In this document: positions 47,366 through 57,555 of the stretch, in pieces
How positions within the stretch are numbered: the first letter of the stretch is position 1
Layout of the letters: every line of letters begins with the position of its first letter
NCBI GenBank assembly: GCA_900541725.1
Contig: UQLB01000005.1
Coordinates: forward strand, 37,717-101,716
DNA length: 64,000 nt
Reading direction: 5' to 3'
From: an uncultured Collinsella sp.
GTDB lineage: Bacteria; Actinomycetota; Coriobacteriia; Coriobacteriales; Coriobacteriaceae
Position numbers and translations under genes: made by a program
Notes under the pieces: generated by a model
What the model was told of the DNA's origin: nothing
The model's input: only the letters and a program-made list of their open reading frames with translations
The model's database searches: none

Positions 47366-47749
47366 CTATAGCTTCATGACGTAATAGCCTGCGCCCTTCA
47401 CGGCGCCCTCAAGCGCCTCACGATCGATTGGGTTTTTAGAGCGCACGTTCGCCGTGTGATCGGCATACGTCACCGTGGCCCAAATGCCATCCAGCGCATT
47501 CAAAGCATTCGCGACGTTTTGAGCACAGCCGTCGCAGCTCATACCGCCAATGAGCAGCTCCTCGCAATAGGGATAGTGAGACTCATCGGTATCGGTCACC
47601 ACGGCTCTCTTGACCTTCTTACCGCACGCACCATCGCTGCAGCAGCTTTTGCCGTGCGTCGACGCGACAATACGTCGCAATCCAAATAACATGCCGACGG
47701 CAATTACGGCAAGCACGATAAGATTTGCAGGGTTAAGCAGGTCTTCCAT
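47366..47749 (-). CDS. FeoB-associated Cys-rich membrane protein fused to a heavy-metal-associated (HMA, CopZ-like) domain
   Basis: Start at the ATG at 47749 after GAGGAG SD. TM helix plus CCSDGACG, then GMSCDGC metal-binding motif. The upstream part of ORF 47366..48145 is judged a spurious extension. Confidence 0.6.
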   Translation of the reverse strand: MEDLLNPANLIVLAVIAVGMLFGLRRIVASTHGKSCCSDGACGKKVKRAVVTDTDESHYPYCEELLIGGMSCDGCAQNVANALNALDGIWATVTYADHTANVRSKNPIDREALEGAVKGAGYYVMKL

Positions 47750-47926
47750 ATGCTCCTCTTCCTGTAAAGCTCTAGCCAAATACCCCCATGGGGTGTCCCC
47801 CATCTTACCCCAAACTCGTGTCAGTTCGGTCAAATAGTTTCCCTTTTCAAACTTTTTAGTTGACCAAGGCTTACTTTCGTGTATAAGTTTTCCTAGGCTA
47901 ACAGATGGGGAACCGAAAGGAGCACC

Positions 47927-48631
47927 GTGACTCGAACCATCGACATTCCAACGTTTCAAGCGACCGTCGTACGCAACTGCTCCCCCACGCTCGCGAGCAT
48001 CAAACCCGCTTCGCTCTTTACCTATCCCGGTCTCTACGCAAACCAAAACGGAAAGCCCGGCAACCCTCATATCAAAACGCGTCGCACGCGCCTGCTTGCC
48101 GTCATAGCCCAGTGCAACCGCGAGCTTGAGCCACTCGGCATCCACATGAGCGTCCTCGTCTGGCGTCCTTGCGGAGCGCTGATCTACGTGTACCGCCCCG
48201 CCGCCCTCATGCGCTACTTATCCGACCCTCGAGCCGCAGCAGTTCTTGCCACCGAAGGCTACGACGTTTGCAACCTGAGCGCATCCCTTGTGCATCTAGC
48301 CGCACGCATTACGCTGGCGAGCAGCAATGTTGCGGAAAGCGCCTGCGACAGTGGACTTTGTGTTATCGCGCAGAGCGATACGTGCGATAAGAGCTGTGCT
48401 TGCGAGTTTCCTCACGAAATTGGCTATTTTTTGGGCTACCCCTACGAAGACGTGCATCAGTTTATTGCCCAGCACGGCGAAAACTACAAGGTTTTTGGTG
48501 CTTGGAAGGTGTACTCAAACGTCGAGGCGGCGCTTGCGACCTTTGACTCTTATCGCGCATGCACGCAATACCTTACCTACATCTATCAGCAGGGCTGTAC
48601 CCTTGAACAGCTTGTTCAGGCAGCCCGATAG
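47927..48631 (+). CDS. DUF3793 family protein
   Basis: 234 aa. FPHEIGYFLGYPYEDVHQFI motif typical of DUF3793, which is often adjacent to flavodoxin. Confidence 0.6.
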   Translation: MTRTIDIPTFQATVVRNCSPTLASIKPASLFTYPGLYANQNGKPGNPHIKTRRTRLLAVIAQCNRELEPLGIHMSVLVWRPCGALIYVYRPAALMRYLSDPRAAAVLATEGYDVCNLSASLVHLAARITLASSNVAESACDSGLCVIAQSDTCDKSCACEFPHEIGYFLGYPYEDVHQFIAQHGENYKVFGAWKVYSNVEAALATFDSYRACTQYLTYIYQQGCTLEQLVQAAR

Positions 48632-48677
48632 AACATACAAAACGCGGCTGCATGCCGCACAACCGAAAGGACCCAAC

Positions 48678-49097
48678 ATGAGCAAGATCGCCGTCGTCTA
48701 CTGGAGCGGAACGGGCAACACCGAGGCCATGGCAAACTTCGTCGCGGAGGGCGCGGTGTCCGCCGGCGCCGAGGCCGAGGTCATCCCTTGTGCCGACTTC
48801 TCTGCCGACAAGACCGCCAGCTACGACGCCATCGCCTTCGGCTGTCCCGCCATGGGCTCCGAGGAACTCGAGTACGACGAGTTCCAGCCGATGTGGGATG
48901 AGGTCAAGGAGAACCTGGGCGACAAGAAGGTCGTCCTGTTTGGCTCCTATTCGTGGGCCGAGGGCGAGTGGATGGACAATTGGAAGGCCGATGCCGATGA
49001 GGCCGGCGTCAATGTCATCGATTCCGTCATCTGCTTCGATGCGCCTGATGACGAGGCCGAAGCCGCCTGCAAGGCCTTGGGCGCCGAGCTGGCCTAA
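48678..49097 (+). CDS. Short-chain flavodoxin
   Basis: Start at MSKIAVVYWSGTGNTE (FMN phosphate-binding loop) with AAAGGA SD. 139 aa. Confidence 0.85.
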   Translation: MSKIAVVYWSGTGNTEAMANFVAEGAVSAGAEAEVIPCADFSADKTASYDAIAFGCPAMGSEELEYDEFQPMWDEVKENLGDKKVVLFGSYSWAEGEWMDNWKADADEAGVNVIDSVICFDAPDDEAEAACKALGAELA

Positions 49098-49236
49098 ACT
49101 GCCCATCGCCACGCCAACCGCAACGTAAACGGGCCCCAGGTCGCCAAGACCCGGGGCCCGTTCATCTATTAAGCCGCGCACAGGCGGCATAGTCGCGCCC
49201 GCGCGTCAAACGGCGGGCGCAATGCGCATTGAATTG

Positions 49237-52200
49237 CTACGCGTTCTTACGAGAACGCACGAACCACGCGCCAATGACCGCAAGGCACACGATGCCAGCG
49301 ACGACACCGGCAACGGCAACAGGATTCACGCCGCTCTGCCCAGCCGAGGCATCCTTGCGCGATGCGGCGGCAGTAGCGGTCTTCGCCTTCGAACCAGAAG
49401 ATTTGTCAGAGCTAGACTCCTTGCCGGATTCGCTCTTGGCGGAATCCGCGTGCTCCGCCGTCTCCGGCTTCGCGCCATCCTGCGAAGTGGTAGCGCCCTG
49501 CTTTCCACCGGTGCCGTTGCCATCCTGCGAGGCGGGCGGCACAACCGCAGGTGTCGGGCTCTTCGTCGGAACCGTAGGTACGGGAACCTCGGGCGTCACA
49601 GGCTCTTTAGGATCACTCGGCTTGACGGTGCCGGCCTTCACATTGCCGATCTTGGTCCAACTCACGCCGGCACCCGCGAACTTATAGGCCGAAAGGGCCC
49701 GCAAGACCTGCACGGTGGCAAGCGCGTTGGCATTGCCGGGTTTGCCGTCTGATCCCATGGTGTGAGCGTATCCCTTGCCGTCAGCAACTTCATAGGCGGC
49801 AATCGCGGTAATCAGACTATTTGCGCCCGTCGCAAAACCGTTCTTGGAATTTGCGGGGTCCTTGCCGAGCGCCACAAGAGCAAGCAGCACCTGGGCATTC
49901 GACTCAACAGACCCAAAATCGCAAAGACCGTTCATCCGCCCCTTAAGGAAGCCGAGCGCTTTGTCGACAGCGGACGCAACAGAGAGCTGACCATTCGAAG
50001 CCAGGGCAGCGGCACATGCGTCGCCGTCAACATAGGGCGCAAGCGCCTGCAGCGCCATGGCGGTCATATCGACGTTGCTTGCACCAGCCGTATCAATGGT
50101 AAAGCCGCCATCCGAGTTTTGGAACGTGAGCAGCGTGCAAACAAGCTGAGCACGTGTCCAGGACGAGCCGAATGCAGACAGCGCTTCATCCGAAACGCGC
50201 GCCTCGTCAAGGGCGATCAACGCATAGACCAAGTTATTCGCCGAAGCCGCAAGGTCGCCGTGCGAGCATATGACGGCAGCAAGGTTAACGCCATCAAAAG
50301 ACGTAATGTTCTCGCCAAGTGCAGCCAACGTAAGCGCAACGCGCTCGCAATCCGTTACCTTGGCGGTGCTACCGGCCCACTCGGCCTTATGGTCGGCAAG
50401 AGACTTCTTGTAATTCTTGATAAGCGCGTCGTCGATCTTGCGCCCCGATTTTGCGAAGGCGTAGATTTCCCATTCCTGGCCATAGGTGTACGCATCGGTC
50501 GTGCGGTTGGCGTCAAAGTACTTGGCGGCAGAGAGGGCACCCTTATCGGCCTGCGCCTCGTTATCCGGCGAGGCGGCGATACCGTCAACCGTAATCTCAA
50601 AGGAGACGGCCTTGGCGCCGGCAGTCTGGTCGACCGGAGTACCCGTCACCGTATAGGTACCGGCCTTGTTGGCCGTTAGAACATAGGTTCCGCTCGCTAC
50701 AAACAGCCCGTCGTCGGGAGCACCGTCAACGTGCTTCCAGTCACCCAGAGCACGACGGTCGATGCTCACAGCATCCGACGCATCCTGGCCATCTGCGCCC
50801 GTCACGGTCCATATCATGCCGGGCTCGGAGACACTCCAGCCCTCGGCATCGTTCTCGCCCACATAGCTCAGGTCGAGCCCGACCGTCTTGCCGGCCTTAA
50901 TGGACGCGGGAGCATTTGCGATGGTCACCGATTTCAGCGGGTTTCGGTAAGCGTAGGTAACCTCTCGCTTGCCCGAGGAGATAACGCTGCCGTCCTGGTT
51001 TTCGACCGTCGCCTCGAATGTCGTCTTGCCGGCCTTATACGGCGTAAATCCAATATCGCCGCTTGTAGTGTACTCGGCGACTGCACTATCGCTCGAGGTG
51101 ACCGTGTAGTTTGCACGGTCACTCGCATACTCCGGGCCCACAACCGGTGCAGCCTTGTCGGTCAGGAAAGCACCCTTGGCAAGCGGATTACGGCCATGCA
51201 GATAAACAGTCTTGCCGTCCTCGTTGTAGCCAAGCGAAATGCTCGTCGCCGGCACATAGGTCGAGGTAACCTTTACGCTCTTATCGGCAAGGTCGACGTT
51301 CGTTCGCGAGGAGACCGAAATCGTGGCCTCGCCCGCCTGCTTAAAGTAGAAGCATGCCGATCCGGGATTGGAATAGAGCACGTTCGAAGGCGTACCCGCA
51401 AAGCGAAAACGCGTATAGGAAACAGGGGTGTACTCGCCCTCAGCGGCGTCGGCGTAATGAACACGGATCTCGAGGTTCTTGACCTCGGAGCCCGTAACCG
51501 CAATAGTGCCGCCCGTCACGTTTTCGCCGTTGTACCAAATCTGGAAATCATCAATAGGCTTGGAGATCGCCTTCACCACGACGGTCGCAACGTTCTCGGT
51601 GGTGCCGTCATCCTTATGAAGCGTAGCGGTCACCGTACCCACGGCATCGTTGTATACGTGCAGCAGGCCCGTTTCCTCGTTAACGGCGATATCTCCTCTG
51701 TTAGCGTCCGGAGTGCCCCAAGTCACCTTAGCACCCTTAGACAAACCCTTGAGCGCAAGCGTGCCCGAGACGCAGGCGGCACCGTTCTCGCCCACCACGA
51801 CATCGTCGGGAGACGGGTAGAGCATGCCATCGGCGGCAGTCACGGTCCTGCCGGTGCGCGCAGATGTAAACGTCACCTCGTATTTATTGTTTGCGGCAGG
51901 GCTCTCGGGCGATTCGTAGTCCTGGTCCTCACCAAAATACGGCAAGCCATCGGCTCCCATGCCCCATGCGCTACCGTTTTCGCCACGGTTGACGTTAAGG
52001 TTTTCGACAAAGGTCGCCGTCTTCATGTCGTCGGCATCGACAGCATAGGAGTTGACGAGCGCCCTCGCGGGGAACTGAGCCTTGTTGGTAAGGCCTTCCT
52101 GCCAGTACGTATTGACGAGCTGACCGGAGCCATAACTCGCAAAGAGCACGCCGCCGGTCGCTGCAGCGGTAGACACGCAGTTAGAAATTACGCCGCCTTC

Positions 52201-53784
52201 GAGCGTACGGCCAAAGCCCACAACGCCCTTGCCCGTAACAGACGTGGAGCAGTTGAGAACGGCGCCCCTAATCTGGTTGCCGAGCGGACCGAACGATTTG
52301 CCGTCGACCGCTTTCTTAAGCTCGCCGGCAAAAGAGACGTTTTGGACAACGCCGATGGAGCCGACGCTCGCGAAGAGCGACTTGACGCCACCGCCATTGT
52401 TGAAGGTAATGGTGTGGCCCTGGCCGTCAAACGTGCAGTTGAGCTCACCCGAAGGACCAAAGAAATACTCATCATCAATCACGATATCGTTGTCGAGCAC
52501 ATAGTAGTTGTTCGCGTCCTTGACGTTCATAGAAATGAAGTCGTCCTGCGATTTAATGTGCTTGACGCTCTCGGGCTGGGCGACGGGGGCCGTCGGCTTC
52601 TTCTTCTCGAGGGCATCCTTAGCCGCATTGAGTGCCTTGACCGCCGCATTTACATCGGACTGGGAGGCATCGGCATTGTCGTTTACGGCCTTTGCGTCCG
52701 CAAGGGCAGAGGCTAGGGCAGACCACGAATCGGATGTATAGTCGGACTCCTTGAGCGCCTCGACAGACTTGATGGCAGCGGCGAGCGCATCCTTGTTAAC
52801 GACAACGGGAGCAGATCCACTCGTCAAGATCGGCAGGCCGCCGTTGGACGTCCAGGTAAACCCGGTCGCCGGCGCATTGGCATTGAGCACGGTAAGAGAT
52901 TCGGCAGACGAAAGGTAAAGGTCAGAGGCTTTCGCAGCATTACCCTTATCAAAGCCCCTATAGTTCATCTCGGCAGGCGAAAAACCTACGGTATAGAGGC
53001 AATTCGAAAGCGAGCCAGCCCGGGCCTCGCCCACCAGCCCGCCATTCATCTCGACGCCCGAACCGGCAAAATAGGAATTGACGATCTTGCCGGACGCCAT
53101 GCCGCCGACCAGGCCGCCGGCATAGCCCATCCAACCGCTCAGGTTCACGCTCGCCGTGGACCAGCACATCTGAACGGTACCGGAAAGCGTCATGGCGATG
53201 GAGCCCACATTATCGCTACTCGAGACGGAGCCCGTCACGCCTAGGTTCTGGATAGTTCCCGTTACGTTGTTCGCGACGGCCTTGCCGCTAATGGTGACGG
53301 TATGACCCTGACCGTCCAACACGCCGGCAACGGTCTCAATCTGCTGGTCGGCACCCATCGAAATGTTCGCACCGAGTTTTACGGTAGCGCCGGCTTCGAT
53401 GGTCGAAGGCATATCGGCCGCGTCGTCGACGACAACCGTCTCGCCCGAGCGCGCTACCCCAGCAGAAGCTCCGACCACTTCGGTCTGCGCGGCCGAAGTC
53501 TCCCCGTTGGACACAACGGACTGCACGGCAGTATCGGAGCCTTCTTGCTCCTGTGCGCTGTCGCCGTCATCGGACACGCCGATTTCAGCATCGGCAGAAG
53601 GTTCATCTTCGCTCGATGCACCCTGCTCAGCATCGGTCGCCGCGGCAACCTGATCAGCCATCACGGCTACGCCCGCACCCACCTCCTCGGCAAATGCAGT
53701 CATTCCGGTGCTCGAGCTGGCAAAGATAAACGCCATGAACACCACGAGGAATTTCCTCGCAACAGTTCGGATGTTTTTGAGCAT
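49237..53784 (-). CDS. Large cell-surface protein (1515 aa): signal peptide, GLUG-motif repeats, Ig-like/beta-rich region, alpha/alpha-toroid (prenyltransferase/terpene-cyclase-like) domain, Pro/Thr-rich linker, and C-terminal TM anchor with basic tail
   Basis: N-terminal signal MLKNIRTVARKFLVVFMAFIFASSSTGMTAFA. Repeated GSVS...N..GG.VG.. segments (GLUG-like). Toroid-like repeats at about aa 1020-1330. C-terminal VAVAGVVAGIVCLAVIGAWFVRSRKNA with no LPXTG seen. Confidence 0.75.
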   Translation of the reverse strand: MLKNIRTVARKFLVVFMAFIFASSSTGMTAFAEEVGAGVAVMADQVAAATDAEQGASSEDEPSADAEIGVSDDGDSAQEQEGSDTAVQSVVSNGETSAAQTEVVGASAGVARSGETVVVDDAADMPSTIEAGATVKLGANISMGADQQIETVAGVLDGQGHTVTISGKAVANNVTGTIQNLGVTGSVSSSDNVGSIAMTLSGTVQMCWSTASVNLSGWMGYAGGLVGGMASGKIVNSYFAGSGVEMNGGLVGEARAGSLSNCLYTVGFSPAEMNYRGFDKGNAAKASDLYLSSAESLTVLNANAPATGFTWTSNGGLPILTSGSAPVVVNKDALAAAIKSVEALKESDYTSDSWSALASALADAKAVNDNADASQSDVNAAVKALNAAKDALEKKKPTAPVAQPESVKHIKSQDDFISMNVKDANNYYVLDNDIVIDDEYFFGPSGELNCTFDGQGHTITFNNGGGVKSLFASVGSIGVVQNVSFAGELKKAVDGKSFGPLGNQIRGAVLNCSTSVTGKGVVGFGRTLEGGVISNCVSTAAATGGVLFASYGSGQLVNTYWQEGLTNKAQFPARALVNSYAVDADDMKTATFVENLNVNRGENGSAWGMGADGLPYFGEDQDYESPESPAANNKYEVTFTSARTGRTVTAADGMLYPSPDDVVVGENGAACVSGTLALKGLSKGAKVTWGTPDANRGDIAVNEETGLLHVYNDAVGTVTATLHKDDGTTENVATVVVKAISKPIDDFQIWYNGENVTGGTIAVTGSEVKNLEIRVHYADAAEGEYTPVSYTRFRFAGTPSNVLYSNPGSACFYFKQAGEATISVSSRTNVDLADKSVKVTSTYVPATSISLGYNEDGKTVYLHGRNPLAKGAFLTDKAAPVVGPEYASDRANYTVTSSDSAVAEYTTSGDIGFTPYKAGKTTFEATVENQDGSVISSGKREVTYAYRNPLKSVTIANAPASIKAGKTVGLDLSYVGENDAEGWSVSEPGMIWTVTGADGQDASDAVSIDRRALGDWKHVDGAPDDGLFVASGTYVLTANKAGTYTVTGTPVDQTAGAKAVSFEITVDGIAASPDNEAQADKGALSAAKYFDANRTTDAYTYGQEWEIYAFAKSGRKIDDALIKNYKKSLADHKAEWAGSTAKVTDCERVALTLAALGENITSFDGVNLAAVICSHGDLAASANNLVYALIALDEARVSDEALSAFGSSWTRAQLVCTLLTFQNSDGGFTIDTAGASNVDMTAMALQALAPYVDGDACAAALASNGQLSVASAVDKALGFLKGRMNGLCDFGSVESNAQVLLALVALGKDPANSKNGFATGANSLITAIAAYEVADGKGYAHTMGSDGKPGNANALATVQVLRALSAYKFAGAGVSWTKIGNVKAGTVKPSDPKEPVTPEVPVPTVPTKSPTPAVVPPASQDGNGTGGKQGATTSQDGAKPETAEHADSAKSESGKESSSDKSSGSKAKTATAAASRKDASAGQSGVNPVAVAGVVAGIVCLAVIGAWFVRSRKNA

Positions 53785-54228
53785 CCCACTCCCCCTTGAT
53801 TTGGAAGATCATTACCTCAACAAGAATCGAGGCCGATCATGTAAAGGGAAACGAGACACAGCGGGGCGCCCGCACCTGACAGCACACAACAATGGCCCGC
53901 ACAACAGGCGGGACGCATAGGAGCAATATATGATGTCATCTCTTGTTCACCGGAATCCAGCGGCTTCCAAAAGACCCTCGACACGAGAAGACCGTGGGCA
54001 AGTAATCTGACTCGCAAAGACAACGTCCCCGCACACAGTAACCGCCTTGTCTGGGATTCCCACCCAGTTCCCTTTTATGCGCCAAGCGCACCCGCGGTCC
54101 GGCTTCTTTTCAAACAACATGTCATTGTATGAAAGGCCGCATGGTTGACACGCGCCCCATACCGCGTCCACAGAATTCACCAAACATGTGTCCGAAGAGT
54201 CCACGGGAGGGGTAACGGCTGTCTTTTA

Positions 54229-54270
54229 GCCAAAATACAAAACGGGCCGCGGCAGCATCGCCACAGCCCG
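54229..54270 (-). terminator. Rho-independent terminator downstream of the ABC transporter operon
   Basis: GGGCTGTGGC-gatgct-GCCGCGGCCC (with GU pairs) followed by GTTTTGTATTTTGG on the minus strand. Confidence 0.5.
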
Positions 54271-54303
54271 TCAACTCAAACTATGCTCAAATATCAATGC
54301 AAT

Positions 54304-55056
54304 CTAGGAAATGTTGCCCAAGAACACCTTGGTGCGTTCGCTCTTGGGGTGGTCGAAGACCTCGCTCGGCGTGCCCTCCTCCACGATAACGCCGCCGTCC
54401 ATAAAGACCACGCGGTCGGCAACGTCGCGGGCAAAGCCCATCTCGTGCGTCACGACGATCATGGTCATGCCGTCGCGCGCCAAATCACGCATAACACCCA
54501 AAACGTCGCGAACGAGCTCGGGATCAAGCGCCGACGTGGCCTCGTCAAAAAGCATAACGTGCGGGTTCATCGACAAAGCGCGGGCAATGGCGACGCGCTG
54601 CTGCTGGCCACCCGAAAGCTGGCTCGGCATAAAGTCGATGCGCTCGGCCAGGCCAACCTTGGTCAGCTCCTCGATGGCGATCTTCTCGGCCTCTTCTTTG
54701 CTGCGCTTGAGTACCTTTTGCTGCGCAAGCATGACGTTCTTTTTGACTGACAGGTGCGGGAACAAATTGAACTGTTGGAACACCATGCCCAGATGCGTAC
54801 GTACCTTGTTGAGGTCGACGCCCTTGGCGCACACGTCCACGCCCTCAACGACAATCGAGCCGCTCGTGGGATGCTCCAGACGATTGATGCAGCGAAGCAT
54901 CGTCGACTTGCCCGAGCCCGAAGGACCCAGGACTACGACGACCTCGCCCTTGTGCACATCCAGATCGATATCGCGCAGGACCACGTTATCGCCAAAGGCC
55001 TTCTGGAGATTCTTGATGCTGACGACGACCTCGTTCGAGTTATTGGTTTCGCTCAT
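54304..55056 (-). CDS. Polar amino acid ABC transporter ATP-binding protein (GlnQ/HisP-like)
   Basis: 250 aa. GPSGSGKST Walker [16 protein letters not shown] signature. AGGAGG SD. Confidence 0.9.
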   Translation of the reverse strand: MSETNNSNEVVVSIKNLQKAFGDNVVLRDIDLDVHKGEVVVVLGPSGSGKSTMLRCINRLEHPTSGSIVVEGVDVCAKGVDLNKVRTHLGMVFQQFNLFPHLSVKKNVMLAQQKVLKRSKEEAEKIAIEELTKVGLAERIDFMPSQLSGGQQQRVAIARALSMNPHVMLFDEATSALDPELVRDVLGVMRDLARDGMTMIVVTHEMGFARDVADRVVFMDGGVIVEEGTPSEVFDHPKSERTKVFLGNIS

Positions 55057-55068
55057 AATAGAACCTCC

Positions 55069-56355
55069 TTACAGACCAGCGATATGGTCGGCGGGCGTCG
55101 CGACAACCTGTCCGGCGCTCTTGGTGGGACGCTTCTTTTTGGTTTCGGCCGTGCCCAAAAGCCTCGCCTCAAGACCGCTCACCAAGCGCGCAAGCGGCAG
55201 GGTGATGACCAGGTAGAACAGGGCGGCAACCACATACGGCGTGATGGAGCCCGTCGTGGCCACGATGGTGCGGGCGTTCATGACGATCTCGACCACGCCC
55301 ACGGCCGCGAGCAGCGACGTATCCTTGTAAAGCAGGATAAACTCGCTGGTCAGCGTAGGCAGGACATTGCGGAACGTCTGCGGAATCATAACGTAGAGCA
55401 GCGTCTGGAAGGCATTCATGCCCAGCGAGCGAGCGGCCTCGTTTTGGCCCTTGGGGATCGACTGAATACCGGCGCGGAAGATCTCGCACAGGTAGGCGGA
55501 CGAGTTCATGGCCATGACGATGACGCCCAACACATAGTCGTCCACCTTGACGCCGGCAAGCGGCAGGCCAAAGAACGCGATGTAGATCTGCAGGAACGCC
55601 GGCGTACCACGGATGATATTCACATAGATGCCGGCAAGGCAACGAAGGATGCGCGACTTGGAGATGCGCATGAGCGACAAGGCAAAGCCAAAGGGAATTG
55701 CCAGCGGAAACGCCACGAGCACGATCGAGAGCGACATGAGGAAGCCTTTGAAGACGATCGGCAGGCTCTGGACCAAAATGACCGGGTTCAGGAACAGGCG
55801 AAGGAACATGTTGGAATTCCATGCCTCGACCCACGGCTGCTCCTTAAGGTCGGCCAGGAAGTTATCGAATGCCGTCACGCCCTTGATCTCGACGGAAGGA
55901 ATCTTGGAGATCTTCTTGGTCGAACCATCGGCCAAAGTGTAGGTGCCGCTAAAGGCCTCATCGCCGCCCTCGACGGGGAAGGTCACGCCGTAGACCTCGA
56001 CACGGAAAAAGCCGCCGGCAGGCGCCGTCTCGCCAAAGTCGATCTTGAGCGTCTGGCCGTCAGCCTTGCACGTGGGCTTCATGGGCGTACGATCCATGAG
56101 GTCCTCGCCCGAGAGCATCGTCAATCGCGTGTCATCGGTACCAAACGTCGTGCCGTCGACAAACGTCAGCGAAAGACCGCTCAGTTCCTCGTCGGCATCG
56201 GCCTGAACTTCCCAGGTGATGCGCGTCTCGGTACCGCCGACCACAGCGCTACCCGAACCGGTATTGGGTCGGGCGGTAATCTTTGCGGTCTCAAGCGCCT
56301 GGGCGGTCGTGGGCGCATATGCCCCCGCACACACCAGCGCGAGCGCCACGGCCAT
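55069..56355 (-). CDS. Polar amino acid ABC transporter permease with an N-terminal extracytoplasmic domain
   Basis: ORF 55069..56535. Start tentatively the Met at 56355 (MAVALALVCAGAYAPTTAQA signal), because the upstream part overlaps a terminator. C-terminal half has the His/Gln permease EAA-like region. Confidence 0.7.
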   Translation of the reverse strand: MAVALALVCAGAYAPTTAQALETAKITARPNTGSGSAVVGGTETRITWEVQADADEELSGLSLTFVDGTTFGTDDTRLTMLSGEDLMDRTPMKPTCKADGQTLKIDFGETAPAGGFFRVEVYGVTFPVEGGDEAFSGTYTLADGSTKKISKIPSVEIKGVTAFDNFLADLKEQPWVEAWNSNMFLRLFLNPVILVQSLPIVFKGFLMSLSIVLVAFPLAIPFGFALSLMRISKSRILRCLAGIYVNIIRGTPAFLQIYIAFFGLPLAGVKVDDYVLGVIVMAMNSSAYLCEIFRAGIQSIPKGQNEAARSLGMNAFQTLLYVMIPQTFRNVLPTLTSEFILLYKDTSLLAAVGVVEIVMNARTIVATTGSITPYVVAALFYLVITLPLARLVSGLEARLLGTAETKKKRPTKSAGQVVATPADHIAGL

Positions 56356-56484
56356 GACGCAGGCTAGCTTTTGGAGCAAGGCGGGCAGTGGAAAACGCTG
56401 CTCCGCGGCCCCTTTGTTCAGTCGAGACAAGGTGGCTCCTATCGTAGAAGTTGCCGGCAAAACGAGACGGAAATGCTCTCCGTC

Positions 56485-56531
56485 AAGAGAAGCGCAAAGG
56501 CCCTCTCCGCCAAAACGGAAAGGGCCTGCGC
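56485..56531 (-). terminator. Putative terminator downstream of the substrate-binding protein gene
   Basis: GCGCAGGCCCTTTCC/GGAGAGGGCCTTTGCGC imperfect hairpin followed by TTCTCTTG on the minus strand. Confidence 0.45.
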
Positions 56532-56548
56532 ACAATCAAGTAGCTATT

Positions 56549-57409
56549 TTACTTGATGTTGTACTTAGCCATGAGGGCGTCGACGGTACCGTCGTCGGTC
56601 AGGTCCTTGATGGCCTGGTTGATGTCGTCCTTGAGCTTGGTGTTGCCCTGGTTGATGGCGATGGCGTACTCCTCGCCGGTGCTGATCTGCTTGATGGTCT
56701 GGCAGGTGTTGAACTGCTCGGCGGTCAGCTGGCTGGCAACGGAGCGGTTGGTGACTACGGCGTCGCCCTTATCGGACTGCAGGGCGCTGAAGCACTCGGT
56801 GGCGTCCTTGTAGGGGACGATCTTGGCCTTGGGGAAGTTCTCCTGGGCAAAGGACTCGGCGGTCGAGCCAGACTGAACGATGATGGTAGCGTCGGCATTG
56901 TTGAGCTTCTCGCTGAAGTTGTCGGCCGTGATGTCGGTGTTATCGACCTTGGTCACGATAGCCTGATCGTCCATGTAGTAGGAATCGGAGAAAGTGACTT
57001 CCTTCTCACGCTCGGGCGTGTCGGTGATAGCCGCGATGGCGACGTCGTACTTAGCGCCCGAAGCGACACCGGGGACGAGCGTGTCGAAGTCATTGTTGAC
57101 GTACTCGACATCCAGGCCCAGCTTGTCGCCGATAGCCTTAATGAGCTCAAGGTCAAAGCCCTGATAATCGCCGTTGTCATCCTTGTACTCAAACGGAGCG
57201 TACTCGGCAGAGGTGCCGACGGTCAGCGTACCGTCCTTGACGAGCGCGTACTCCTTGGAGCCGTCGACCTTCTCGACCTTAGCGTCGTCAGAGCTGCTGG
57301 AACCGGCATCGGAACCAGAGGTGGCGTTGGACGAGCCGCAGCCCGTCAGTGCGAGGGCGAGCGCCATGGCGCCCGTGGCGGCAAATGCGCCAAGCTTCTT
57401 GAGCTTCAT
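56549..57409 (-). CDS. Amino acid ABC transporter substrate-binding lipoprotein
   Basis: 286 aa. Lipobox LALTGC. SBP_bac_3-like fold with Ser/Gly-rich linker after the lipid anchor. Confidence 0.85.
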   Translation of the reverse strand: MKLKKLGAFAATGAMALALALTGCGSSNATSGSDAGSSSSDDAKVEKVDGSKEYALVKDGTLTVGTSAEYAPFEYKDDNGDYQGFDLELIKAIGDKLGLDVEYVNNDFDTLVPGVASGAKYDVAIAAITDTPEREKEVTFSDSYYMDDQAIVTKVDNTDITADNFSEKLNNADATIIVQSGSTAESFAQENFPKAKIVPYKDATECFSALQSDKGDAVVTNRSVASQLTAEQFNTCQTIKQISTGEEYAIAINQGNTKLKDDINQAIKDLTDDGTVDALMAKYNIK

Positions 57410-57555
57410 AATCAGTCTCCTTCCGGTGACCCCGTTTGATTCAGAGGTCTGAAAAACTGATGGCTATTATGCACCCGCTTGGGAGAATCTGCAATTAGAA
57501 AACTGATTGAAACAAACCCATAACGTGAATGGAACACTCCACTTTGTGACAGTTA

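Noticed and set aside
47750-48145. N-terminal 132-aa extension of ORF 47366..48145
   Set aside because: Overlaps the well-supported DUF3793 gene on the other strand. A strong SD precedes the internal Met at 47749, which starts the recognisable FeoB-associated/HMA protein.
49762-52716. Plus-strand ORFs (305 and 661 aa) inside the large surface-protein gene
   Set aside because: Antisense to a 4.5-kb ORF with a signal peptide and domain structure. Arg/Gly-rich nonsense composition.
53785-54303. Possible cobalamin riboswitch upstream of the large surface protein (because of its DUF4430-like toroid domain)
   Set aside because: I looked for a B12-box (GCCACTG on the transcribed strand) and typical paired elements and found none. 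The 68-aa ORF 53817..54023 here also looks spurious.
54311-57439. Plus-strand ORFs of 301, 537 and 407 aa across the ABC transporter operon
   Set aside because: The three minus-strand ABC components are canonical. The plus ORFs are shadows.
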